Notes under the pieces: model-generated | What the model saw: only the letters and a program-made list of their open reading frames with translations | Databases searched by the model: none | Told to the model about the DNA's origin: nothing | NCBI GenBank assembly: GCA_947631355.1 | Contig: CANRKY010000001.1 | Span: 1,284 to 65,283, forward strand | DNA length: 64,000 nt | DNA from: an uncultured Marvinbryantia sp. | Lineage (GTDB): Bacteria; Bacillota; Clostridia; Lachnospirales; Lachnospiraceae | Reading direction: 5' to 3' | Shown here: piece by piece, positions 36,752 through 45,877 of the stretch | Layout of the letters: each line of letters opens with the position of its first letter | How positions within the stretch are numbered: the stretch's first letter is position 1 | Made by a program: the position numbers and the translations under genes

Positions 36752-38128
36752 TTAAATTTTCACCGGACATCCCTCATTTAAAAAATGATACCAGTATCCG
36801 GACGGCTCTTTGGAACCCCTCTGATCTGCCGCCCGCACCTCGCCGCCATTTTCGAAGCACTGCTTTCTTTCTTTAAAATAGGGGAAGTCGAACATCGCCG
36901 CCATATGCCTATCCTGCATACTGCGGCACTCCCCAGGCACGCCCAGCACAAAGTGCCCGCTTTTGTGGCACCCCAGCAGCAAATGATGATATTGCATGTA
37001 TGCCTGGCGCACAAAGGTATTCTTCGCAAAGTGCCATTCTTCTTTTTGCAGGAAAGAGATATCCTTCGGCGCGATGCCGATGCACTGCGTGATCTCCTCG
37101 TCTGCAAAAGGAAAGATCTGGGGATAATGATTCTGAAACTGCTCCCAGCGCAGATACAAGGAGCCGTCCGCCTGCCGTCTTTCCTGCGGTTCCGCGCCTG
37201 CTGCATCTGCCTGCATTGTGGCAGACGGCTCTGCTCCCTCTGCATCGTTTCGCCCGGCAGCGGACAGCTTCGCTTCCGCGGCGTTTGACTGCGCTGTGGC
37301 AAATGGCTCTGCTTTCGCTGCATTGTTTTGCGCTGCAGATGACAGTTTTGCTTCCGCGGCGGATGGCTCTGCTCTCTCTGCATCGTTTTGCACGGCAGAT
37401 GACAGTTTCGCTCCTGAGACATTTGCCTGCGCTGCGGCGGATGACTCTGTTCTTCTTTCTGCATCGTTTTGCACGACAGATGACAGTTTCGCTCCTGCGG
37501 CGTTTGACTGCGCTGCGGCAAATGGCTCTGCTTTCGCTGCATCGTTTTTCGTGGCAGCTGACAGCTTCGCTTCCGCGGCGAATGGCTCTGCTCCCTCTGC
37601 ATCGTTTTGTGCGGCGGCGGACAACTTCGCTCCCACTGCGTTTGCCTGTGCGGCGGCGGATGGCTCTGCTTCCGCAGCGTTTGCCTGCATGGTTTCCCCG
37701 CCGCGCGCAGTTTCTTCCTCTCCCGGCCTGTCTTCCCCGGAGATTTCGCGGAACCGCGCCGGTTCAGCCGGCTCGTCATCCCATATGGTTATGTAATTTT
37801 TGTCTTCTCCGTTTCTCAGCCAGATTCCGCGCACATCGCCGATCGTATACCCGGAACCGCCCACTGCCCCGGCCGGGCAGCTGTACTGAAATTCATAAAT
37901 GCCGTTTTTCCCCTCCGCGCTTCCCAGCAGGATCCCAACGGGAGCACCCGCCTGGCGGATAAACGCATAGACGGCCACCTGCCCCGGCTCTCTGTGAGAC
38001 GCCTGCACATGCAGGCGCACCCTGCAGATTCCGTTTCGCACCTGCACCCTCGCATATCCGCAGTTATGCTCTTTTCTTCCTTTTCGGTACTCATAAATGT
38101 AAGAAATAAAACGACGATATTCTGACAT
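36752..38128 (-). CDS. Conserved clostridial hypothetical protein (DUF6128-like) with internal tandem repeats
   Basis: N-terminal YRRFISYIYEY motif and conserved C-terminus; repeat linker at ~37200-37690. Confidence 0.55.
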   Translation of the reverse strand: MSEYRRFISYIYEYRKGRKEHNCGYARVQVRNGICRVRLHVQASHREPGQVAVYAFIRQAGAPVGILLGSAEGKNGIYEFQYSCPAGAVGGSGYTIGDVRGIWLRNGEDKNYITIWDDEPAEPARFREISGEDRPGEEETARGGETMQANAAEAEPSAAAQANAVGAKLSAAAQNDAEGAEPFAAEAKLSAATKNDAAKAEPFAAAQSNAAGAKLSSVVQNDAERRTESSAAAQANVSGAKLSSAVQNDAERAEPSAAEAKLSSAAQNNAAKAEPFATAQSNAAEAKLSAAGRNDAEGAEPSATMQADAAGAEPQERRQADGSLYLRWEQFQNHYPQIFPFADEEITQCIGIAPKDISFLQKEEWHFAKNTFVRQAYMQYHHLLLGCHKSGHFVLGVPGECRSMQDRHMAAMFDFPYFKERKQCFENGGEVRAADQRGSKEPSGYWYHFLNEGCPVKI

Positions 38129-38187
38129 GACTTACTCCACGTTTCCGTTTCCATAAGTATATGCCGGACTATCGCCGTTCATTATTT

Positions 38188-40302
38188 TTATTTTTTACGC
38201 GTCGCGGGCTGCTTCTGCGCACCGTCCGCCTTACGCGCGGTTTTTCCTGCAGTGTTTTTTCCGGTGGCTTTCGCGGCGTTTCCCGCAGTGCCTTTTGCCG
38301 CAGCTTTCGCGGTACCTGCTTTCTCCGGCAGCGCGGCCTGTTTTTCATTCTTCGGTGTGCGCGGGCTGCGCTTCGTGTACGCAAACACCATAGCGCCATA
38401 CGCCGGAAGGTTATACTCCAGATAATACGGCAGGCCATCGCACTCGCCTTTTTGAGCTTTCAGCACGGATGGCTGTTCCTGCCCGTGGCCGCCGAACATC
38501 TGGTCATCGCTGTTTAAGATCAGCCGGTAGTTTCCGCTGCCGGGCACGCCCACTCGGTAACCGTCGCGCGCCATCGGCGTAAAGTTGATCACAAACACCA
38601 GATTGTTCTTCCCGTCTTTGGAGTGGCGGATGAAACTGAAAATGCTGCGCGTGTTGTCGTCCGCGTTGATCCATTCGAATCCCTCCCAGGAATGATCCGC
38701 GGAGTACATGGCTGGATTCTCCGTATACAAGTGCAGCAGTGTGCGCACATAATGCTGTATCTGGCGATGCTTTTCTTCTCCCAACAGGTACCAGTCCAGC
38801 TCCCTCGCCTCGCTCCATTCCTGGAACTGTGCGAAATCCTGTCCCATAAAGAGCAGCTTCTTTCCGGGATGCGCAAACATATAGGTGTACCCTGCTTTCA
38901 GGTTCGCGAATTTGTCGTCGTACAGCCCAGGCATCTTATTGATCATGGAACATTTCAGATGCACCACCTCATCGTGGGAGAGCACTAGGATAAACCGCTC
39001 TGAAAACGCATAGGTGAGGGAAAACGTCATCTTATTGTGATTGAAGCTGCGGTAGATCGGATCCAGCTTCATGTAATCCAGAAAATCGTGCATCCAGCCC
39101 ATGTTCCACTTTAAGCCGAATCCCAGGCCGCCGTCCTTTGGCTCGCCCGTCACCATAGGCCACGCTGTGGATTCCTCCGCGATCATCAGCACCCCGTGGT
39201 TCCGCCCGGGCACCACACTGTTCAGATGTTTGAAAAACTCTATGGCCTCCAGATTTTTGTTTTCCCCGTAGATGTTGGGTACCCACTGCCCGCCGGAACG
39301 CCCGTAATCCAGATACAGCATAGACGCCACCGCATCCACACGCAGGCCGTCCACATGGAAATGCTCCACCCAGTACAGCGCGTTGGCGATCAGGAAGTTC
39401 CGCACCTCGTTTTTGGAAAAGTCAAACACTTTTGTGCCCCAGTCCGGATGCTCGCCCTTGCGGGAATCCGCATATTCAAAAAGAGGCTGTCCGTCAAAGT
39501 CCGCCAGTCCACAGGCGTCTTTCGGGAAGTGCGCCGGAACCCAGTCCAGGATCACGCCGATGTTATTTTTATGGAAATAATCCACCATCCACGCGAAGTC
39601 CTGCGGCGTGCCATAGCGCGCCGTGGGCGCATAATAGCCGGTCACCTGATAGCCCCAGGAGCCGTCGAAGGGATGCTCCGCGATCCCCATCAATTCAATG
39701 TGCGTATAGCCCATATCCTTCATATACTCTGTGACGCGCGTGGCAAATTCCCGGTAATTGTAAAACCCGTCCGGCTTCTCCTCCGTGTAGGGATGCTTCA
39801 TCCAGGAACCCGGATGCACCTCGTAGATTGCCATGGGCGTCTCGTCCAGGTTCTGCACCGCGCGCTTCTCCAGCCATTTTCCATCATGCCACTCAAGATC
39901 TGAGATGTCCGCCACGATGGAAGCCGTGCCCGGGCGGAACTCCGCCTGATTTCCAAACGGGTCTGCCTTGAACAGCTTTCTCCCGTCCTGTGTGTGAATC
40001 AGATATTTATACAGCGCGCCGGGAGCCAGCCCCTCCACGAACAGCTCGTAGATTCCCAGCGGTTCCAGGCGCTTCATGGGATGCTTTGTCTCGTCCCATC
40101 CGCAAAAATCCCCCACCAGATACACATCCGCTGCGTGGGGCGCCCACACGGCAAAATACACTCCCTGCTTTCCGTCTATACAGACGGGATGCGCGCCCAT
40201 TTTTTTGTAGATGTCGTAGTGATTTCCCTGACCAAACAGGTACTGGTCAAGTTCTCCGATCCGAATGTCCCACCCATTGTTTTGTTCTTCTGTCTTTTTC
40301 AT
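38188..40302 (-). CDS. glgB: 1,4-alpha-glucan branching enzyme
   Basis: YEVHPGSW, WGYQVTGY, DWVPAHFP, DGLRVDAVASM and AEEST motifs. Confidence 0.96.
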   Translation of the reverse strand: MKKTEEQNNGWDIRIGELDQYLFGQGNHYDIYKKMGAHPVCIDGKQGVYFAVWAPHAADVYLVGDFCGWDETKHPMKRLEPLGIYELFVEGLAPGALYKYLIHTQDGRKLFKADPFGNQAEFRPGTASIVADISDLEWHDGKWLEKRAVQNLDETPMAIYEVHPGSWMKHPYTEEKPDGFYNYREFATRVTEYMKDMGYTHIELMGIAEHPFDGSWGYQVTGYYAPTARYGTPQDFAWMVDYFHKNNIGVILDWVPAHFPKDACGLADFDGQPLFEYADSRKGEHPDWGTKVFDFSKNEVRNFLIANALYWVEHFHVDGLRVDAVASMLYLDYGRSGGQWVPNIYGENKNLEAIEFFKHLNSVVPGRNHGVLMIAEESTAWPMVTGEPKDGGLGFGLKWNMGWMHDFLDYMKLDPIYRSFNHNKMTFSLTYAFSERFILVLSHDEVVHLKCSMINKMPGLYDDKFANLKAGYTYMFAHPGKKLLFMGQDFAQFQEWSEARELDWYLLGEEKHRQIQHYVRTLLHLYTENPAMYSADHSWEGFEWINADDNTRSIFSFIRHSKDGKNNLVFVINFTPMARDGYRVGVPGSGNYRLILNSDDQMFGGHGQEQPSVLKAQKGECDGLPYYLEYNLPAYGAMVFAYTKRSPRTPKNEKQAALPEKAGTAKAAAKGTAGNAAKATGKNTAGKTARKADGAQKQPATRKK

Positions 40303-40326
40303 ACCCTTCTCCCTTTTCTGTTGCAT

Positions 40327-40590
40327 TTTTCTTATGTGGCCTCTTGCGCAGGTCACTGTTTTCTTGTATGAACTTTGTGCAAGTCACTTTTTTTCTGTGT
40401 TACTTTTACGTAGGTCACTGTTTTCTTGTGTGGCCTTTGCAAGTCACTTTTTTTCTGTGTTACTTTTGCGCAGGCCATTGTTTTCTTGTGTGGCCTCTTG
40501 CTCAGGTCACTGTTTTCTTGTGTGGCTTTTGCGCAAAGTAACTGTTTTCTTATGTGGCCTCTTGCGCAGGTCACTGTTTTCTTGTGTGAC
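40327..40590. repeat. Intergenic array of ~8-9 degenerate 29-32-bp direct repeats
   Basis: Consensus ~GTTTTCTTGTGTGGCCTCTTGCGCAGGTCACT; anchors at 40353, 40384, 40415, 40444, 40475, 40507, 40539 and 40571. Confidence 0.9.
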
Positions 40591-40604
40591 CCTTTGACTT
40601 ATAC

Positions 40605-41963
40605 TTAGGTTTCTGCCGGAACCAGGATGCAGATGCCGCAGGCTTCCAGCTGTACGCATATCTTGCCGTTTTCCGGTGTTTTCTTCTCCCCAGTAAGATA
40701 GTTTTGCAGTTCCGCCCCGCCTGTCGGCACGGGCACGTAGATCTCTGCTGGGTTTTCATCGTTGTTCACGGCCACGATCACCGCCCTGCCGTCCAGAATC
40801 CTGGCGAACGCATACTGGCGGTTTGTCAGGAGCAGTTCACGGTATACGCCCTGGGTTAAGATTTCGTTGTCCTTCCGCAGCTGCCCCAGTGTGCGGACAA
40901 GCTGTGTGATCTCCGGGTGCATATTGTTTTTGATACATTCGGATACCACCAAGCGCGGCCGCAGGGAGTCGTCGCTTCCCTGCTCTTTTCTGCCCTCTAT
41001 GCCAAACTCGCTCCCATAATAGATGGAAGGGATCCCCGGCAGGGTATACAGCAAGGTGTACACCGATCGTATGTGATCTTTGTTGTGCAGCTTTGTGATG
41101 ATGCGCTCCACATCGTGGTTGTCCACGAAGGAGTAGAGCTTTCTTCCCCGGTAAATACCTCCGTTTTCGTCAAACTCCCGGCGGATGGTGTGGGCGATCT
41201 CAAAGTAATTGTGGTCGTTGTGCCCGGAGTAAAGCCCTTTGTGCAGTTCATAGTTTGTGACGGAGTGGAGGGTCTCATCGTTTGCCCAGCGGGCGTAATC
41301 CCCGTGGATCACTTCCCCCATCAGCCAAAAGTCTTCTTTCTCCTGCCCGGTGATCCAGCGCATTTCTTTCATAAAATCAAAATCCAGGCAGTCCGCGCAG
41401 TCCAGGCGGATGCCGTCGATATCAAATTCCCGGATCCAGAACCGGATCACATCAAACAGATAGTCTTTCACTGCCCGCTCATACAGGTTCAGGTTCACCA
41501 GATTCTGGCAGTTGCGCCAGGACTCATAGCTGAATCCGTCGTGATAGCAGGAATCCCAACCGAAGTTGATGCCTTTGTACCAATTACGGTAGGGCGAATT
41601 TTCCCGGTTCCTCTGGATATCCTGAAACGCAAAGAACTCGCGCCCCGTGTGATTGAACACCCCGTCCACCACCACGCGGATTCCCAGTTCGTGGGCCTTC
41701 TGCACAAACGCTTTGAAATCCGCGTTGTCGCCCAGGCGCCGGTCTACCATTCGGTAATCCCGGGTATCGTATCCGTGGGTGGACGATTCAAACAGCGGCC
41801 CGATGTAGATCGCCGTGCCGCCGATGTCCTGAATGTGCGGCAGCCAGTCCGCCAGCTCGTCAAAGCGGTGCTGCACTTCCTGTACATTATTTTCCTTTGG
41901 CGCGCCCACCATTCCAAGTGGATACATGTGGTAAAAGACGGCCTTTTCATACCATTTGCTCAT
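40605..41963 (-). CDS. GH13 alpha-amylase-family (cyclomaltodextrinase/neopullulanase-like) enzyme
   Basis: HGYDT.DY, DGVFNH, DGIRLDCA, GEV and FVDNHD motifs. Confidence 0.9.
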   Translation of the reverse strand: MSKWYEKAVFYHMYPLGMVGAPKENNVQEVQHRFDELADWLPHIQDIGGTAIYIGPLFESSTHGYDTRDYRMVDRRLGDNADFKAFVQKAHELGIRVVVDGVFNHTGREFFAFQDIQRNRENSPYRNWYKGINFGWDSCYHDGFSYESWRNCQNLVNLNLYERAVKDYLFDVIRFWIREFDIDGIRLDCADCLDFDFMKEMRWITGQEKEDFWLMGEVIHGDYARWANDETLHSVTNYELHKGLYSGHNDHNYFEIAHTIRREFDENGGIYRGRKLYSFVDNHDVERIITKLHNKDHIRSVYTLLYTLPGIPSIYYGSEFGIEGRKEQGSDDSLRPRLVVSECIKNNMHPEITQLVRTLGQLRKDNEILTQGVYRELLLTNRQYAFARILDGRAVIVAVNNDENPAEIYVPVPTGGAELQNYLTGEKKTPENGKICVQLEACGICILVPAET

Positions 41964-41981
41964 GCAATTCCTCCCCTTTTT

Positions 41982-42569
41982 TCATGAATAGATCCCGTGT
42001 AAAAACTGATGGAGCAGCCCGCGCTTTGCGTCTTCCGGCACATGCACTCCCTCGTCCGGGGATGTCTGGTTCCCCAGCATCATCAGATAGTGATTGATCA
42101 GCCCCAGAAATCCTATGGCAAACTGTTCCTGTCTGCCGTTCATATTTCCCAGCCGGTCCGATGCGGCCTCGAAGATCTGCACCGCCCTGGCGTGGATGCG
42201 GCTGAGATACGGCTGCACCGCGCGGTATGTCTCGTTCTCCCGCGGGGAGTAGCACAGGGACATTAAAAAAAGATACGCTTTGTAATTTGCCCCCGCGTAA
42301 TCCGTGAGCACAGACAGAAATTCATACAGCATGTGCTCCACGTCTTCCCCCTGCTGCGGGTCGGGAACCTGATCCATGGGCGCAAACAGTTCATCGAACC
42401 CATTTTTCAGGACGGTCTCCAGCAGTCCGTACTTGCTTCCAAAGTAATGATAAAGCGTGGGTTTTGTGATGCCCGCCATCTGGCAGATCTCCTGTATTCC
42501 CACCGCGTCATAGCCTTTTGCGTAAAAAAGGTCAAGTGCGCATTTCAAAATCCGTTCCCTGTTTTCCAT
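41982..42569 (-). CDS. TetR/AcrR-family regulator
   Basis: KGYDAVGIQEICQMAGITKPTLYHYFGSK. Confidence 0.93.
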   Translation of the reverse strand: MENRERILKCALDLFYAKGYDAVGIQEICQMAGITKPTLYHYFGSKYGLLETVLKNGFDELFAPMDQVPDPQQGEDVEHMLYEFLSVLTDYAGANYKAYLFLMSLCYSPRENETYRAVQPYLSRIHARAVQIFEAASDRLGNMNGRQEQFAIGFLGLINHYLMMLGNQTSPDEGVHVPEDAKRGLLHQFLHGIYS

Positions 42570-42656
42570 GTAACTCCCTTCCTCTGGCAGAGCCAGCCGT
42601 TCCCTTTGCCTATATGCCCGGGAGCAGATTGTTTCGCAATTTTCCCAATATACAAA

Positions 42657-42688
42657 GACAGTATACCGAACGGTATACTGTCTGTCAA
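42657..42688 (-). promoter_or_regulatory. TetR promoter with perfect palindromic operator
   Basis: GACAGTATACCG-AA-CGGTATACTGTC (42657-42682) overlapping TTGACA-17-TATACT. Confidence 0.85.
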
Positions 42689-42768
42689 GCACTAAATCCT
42701 GTTTTCTTCCAGGCGTTAAACCTGTATTCTCTCACGCGTCTGGCCCTGCTGCGTCTCCTGCCCGCAGG

Positions 42769-45141
42769 CTATTTTATCTTCTTAAAATTCTTTGCCTTCA
42801 GCACGATTTTGTCGTTGGAGTCGTACCGCTTTCCGGAAATGCTGGAAGTGATCCTGCCAACGCCGAAGCGGTTCACGTTCTTGATCGCTTTGTCCACGAT
42901 CTCTTTCACATCCAGGATGGACACCGCCTGATCCGGGGACTGTATCGCCCCGATGTTCTCGTACAGCGTCTCGATCGCGGAGTTATCCAGAACGCAGTCC
43001 TTTTCGTCCGCGTAATATCTGCCGAACTCCACCAGCTCATCATTTGTGAGCATGGGAACGTTCACGGTCACGTCAAACTTCTCCGCGAATTTCGGGCTGC
43101 GCGCCAAAAGATCCTGCAGATAGCGCTTTTCGTCTTCCAATGCCACCACCAGACTGTCCGTCTTGAAGTCCATCGCCATGGAAAGCTGTTCCACCGCCGC
43201 ATCGCTTAAATCCCCGGCCTCCTCGATGATCAGGAACCCGCCGGCCATCTTGCTCACAGTGGCGGCAATGTCTTTTTTGTTCAGATCTTCCGCATAGATC
43301 TTTGCCACTTTTACGCTGGTCATGCCCTTGCAGCGGCAGATGATCTTTGCGAGAGAGATCGCCAGGGTGGTCCTGCCGTTGCCCGCGTCTCCCACCAGCA
43401 ACACATTGCCTTTGGAGGAGGTCTTGTTTGCCAGGATGCTGCGCATCAGCAGGGTCACCACTTCGTTAACCTGCTCGTTCATGCCGCGGATCCTGGACCA
43501 GAAGCCCAGCATGGATTTTTCTTTTTCGTCCAGGCTGTCGTGGGTATAGCTCTCCGGATCGATCACCGGTTTTTCCTGCGCATCCTGCACCGCTGCGGCC
43601 TCGTCCTGCGCCGCCTCTAATTGCTGTTCTTGCATCGGTTCGTCCCATGCCTGCATTTCCCGCGCTGATGCGGCCTGCATGTCCTGCATTGCTTTTGCCT
43701 GCTGCGCCTGCGCGTCTCTCATTGCTTTCGCCTGCTGCGCCTGCATATCTCTCATTGCTTCTGCCTGCTGTGCCTGCATGTCTCTCATTGCTTCCGCCTG
43801 CTGCGCGTCTGTGTCCATTGCGCGCGCGGCTTCTTCCTGCCTCTGCATCTGTTTTGGCAGGATTTCCTTCGGTATCGGCGCCGGCTGCGGCGCCTCGGGT
43901 ATCTGCATCTGCTCCGAACGTTTTACGGCCTTTGCCGCCTTCTCCCGCCGGTCCGCGATGTAATCGCGCACAGATCTGCGGCCCGTCTCCTTCTGAACCT
44001 TCTGGGAGATATCCGTTGTGTGCGCCTTCAGCAGCGATTCTTTTTCATCTTCTCTGCTATCTTCTTTTTGATCCGCCATGCCGGTGAGCAGATCGTCTAT
44101 ATGCATCTGCCCGGGCACCTGCTCCTCATCCTCGTCCACCGCTGCAGACGGACGGGAAACCAGCGGGATGCTCTCCAGCTCCTCCTGCACAGGCGCCGGA
44201 CGGGCGCCGGACAGGATCTCCCGCATGCTTCCGGCCAGTTCGCTCTGCAGCTCCACCGTGCTGATATCCTGCACCGACACCTTCGGCCCTGTCTGTGCCG
44301 CCGGTTCCGCTGCCTGATTCTGCGCCGGTTCCGGAACCGGTACTTCTTCCGGCTCTGCGGCCGGGATCACGGGCGCCTGCACAGCCGCCGCGATCTCTTT
44401 TTCCGTATCCATGATAATGCTGTCTGCGATCACATCCTTCTCCGATTTCGGGAGCTCTTTTGTGATCACTTCGTCCAGTGTGGGAACCGCTTTTTCCACC
44501 ACCTGCTCCTTCGTCTCCATGTCCACGATCTCGCTGGGGTTGTCATAAACCGTCTGCTGTTCCCGCGTGAGCTTCGCATATTTCTTCTTCAGCTCCAGAG
44601 CCTGTACCACATATTTTCCGTTGTGGAACCACAGCGCCAGGTCATCGCACTCCGCCACACACTTGTCTGTCATGCCGGCCTCATCGTACAGCCTGGCCAG
44701 CTCGTACGCCCACTGTTCCGTGTATTCTTTGCTCTTAAGCTCCTCCAGAACCGCGATCTGTTCCTCCAGGGAAGAACCGCGCCCCTTGTAGATCTCATAT
44801 TTCAGGATATATTTGCTGTTGTCGTTCGGAGACAAGTTGACATACTCGGTATAGTACTCCACCGCATCGTCAAAATCCTGCGTCTGCACGCAGGCTTCCG
44901 TGAGCCGGTACAGGATCTGCCTGCTGTTCGGCGCACGCCGGTACGCGCGGTAAAGGATGGCCTTGCTGTCCTCCGCCCTTCCCACAACTTCATACAGTTC
45001 GCTGACCAGGCAGAGCACGCGCACAGAGCGCACCCGCTTCCACTCGATGGTGTCCGCCAGCCTGACAGCCTCCTCGTAACTTTCTTTCTCAATTAATCGG
45101 TTAATTTCTTCCAGTTTTGCCTGATATTCATTTTTATCCAC
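42769..45141 (-). CDS. TPR protein with low-complexity linker and C-terminal degenerate AAA+-like domain
   Basis: N-terminal TPR-like helices; GDAGNGRTT and IIEEAG motifs; 33-bp repeats at ~43680-43810. Confidence 0.7.
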   Translation of the reverse strand: MDKNEYQAKLEEINRLIEKESYEEAVRLADTIEWKRVRSVRVLCLVSELYEVVGRAEDSKAILYRAYRRAPNSRQILYRLTEACVQTQDFDDAVEYYTEYVNLSPNDNSKYILKYEIYKGRGSSLEEQIAVLEELKSKEYTEQWAYELARLYDEAGMTDKCVAECDDLALWFHNGKYVVQALELKKKYAKLTREQQTVYDNPSEIVDMETKEQVVEKAVPTLDEVITKELPKSEKDVIADSIIMDTEKEIAAAVQAPVIPAAEPEEVPVPEPAQNQAAEPAAQTGPKVSVQDISTVELQSELAGSMREILSGARPAPVQEELESIPLVSRPSAAVDEDEEQVPGQMHIDDLLTGMADQKEDSREDEKESLLKAHTTDISQKVQKETGRRSVRDYIADRREKAAKAVKRSEQMQIPEAPQPAPIPKEILPKQMQRQEEAARAMDTDAQQAEAMRDMQAQQAEAMRDMQAQQAKAMRDAQAQQAKAMQDMQAASAREMQAWDEPMQEQQLEAAQDEAAAVQDAQEKPVIDPESYTHDSLDEKEKSMLGFWSRIRGMNEQVNEVVTLLMRSILANKTSSKGNVLLVGDAGNGRTTLAISLAKIICRCKGMTSVKVAKIYAEDLNKKDIAATVSKMAGGFLIIEEAGDLSDAAVEQLSMAMDFKTDSLVVALEDEKRYLQDLLARSPKFAEKFDVTVNVPMLTNDELVEFGRYYADEKDCVLDNSAIETLYENIGAIQSPDQAVSILDVKEIVDKAIKNVNRFGVGRITSSISGKRYDSNDKIVLKAKNFKKIK

Positions 45142-45214
45142 TTTTCCGCACCTCTTACGCTATTTTATTCCGCCCCTCTGTTGTAAAAATTAACAAGTTC
45201 ACATAGTTGTAACA

Positions 45215-45243
45215 ATTCTAGCACACGCGCACAAGGTTGTCAA
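45215..45243 (-). promoter_or_regulatory. SigA-type promoter
   Basis: TTGACA-17-TAGAAT. Confidence 0.7.
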
Positions 45244-45280
45244 ATCACATATTGCTTTTTTTCTCGTTTTTTGCCCCCTT

Positions 45281-45805
45281 TTAGACAAAGTTCGCTAGAA
45301 AAATGCTCATGGCAATGCCCGCGAAGGAAGCAGTAAGCGCCCCCGCCAGAGTATAGCGCGTTTTTTTCACCTTCGCCGCCATGAAATACACGCTCATGGT
45401 GTAGAACACCGTCTCCGTGCAGCTCATCATCACGGAAGCGATCATCCCGACGCGGGAATCCGGCCCGTACTCTTTGAAGATGTCGATGGCCAGGCCGCTC
45501 GCCGCGCTGGAGGAGAACATCCGCACCACGGCAAGGGGACACAGCTGTGCCGGGAACCCAAGACCGGTCATCCAGTTTCCCAGCAGGCCGGACAGCCAGT
45601 CCAGCAGACCGGAGGCCCGCAGGATCCCCACGCCCATCATCAGTCCCACCAGCGTGGGGAGGATGGTCAGCACCACCTGCAGCCCCTCCGCCGCCCCGCG
45701 GGTAAAGACCTCGTAAATATTGATCCGCGAGAGCAGACCGTACCCGACAATGATGAAAATGATCAGTGGAATGGAAAACACAGACAGGAATAGCAGAAAA
45801 TCCAT
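45281..45805 (-). CDS. spmB: Spore maturation protein B
   Basis: F..GA.EGL, PTLVGLM..VGILRASG and SCTETVFYTMSVYF motifs. Confidence 0.9.
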   Translation of the reverse strand: MDFLLFLSVFSIPLIIFIIVGYGLLSRINIYEVFTRGAAEGLQVVLTILPTLVGLMMGVGILRASGLLDWLSGLLGNWMTGLGFPAQLCPLAVVRMFSSSAASGLAIDIFKEYGPDSRVGMIASVMMSCTETVFYTMSVYFMAAKVKKTRYTLAGALTASFAGIAMSIFLANFV

Positions 45806-45812
45806 AAAAACA

Positions 45813-45847
45813 CCCGGAGCAATGTTTTTAATAACATATGCTCCGGG
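45813..45847 (-). terminator. Hairpin/terminator after the adhesin gene
   Basis: CCCGGAGCA...TGCTCCGGG stem followed by a T-run on the minus strand. Confidence 0.5.
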
Positions 45848-45877
45848 CGCTCCTTCTATTCATTTTTGTGTTTATTC

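Noticed and set aside
40327-40590. CRISPR array
   Set aside because: Repeats are contiguous and degenerate with no unique spacers, and no cas genes are present.
45281-45805. spmB without adjacent spmA
   Set aside because: spmA may lie elsewhere in the genome; nothing further can be supported from this window.
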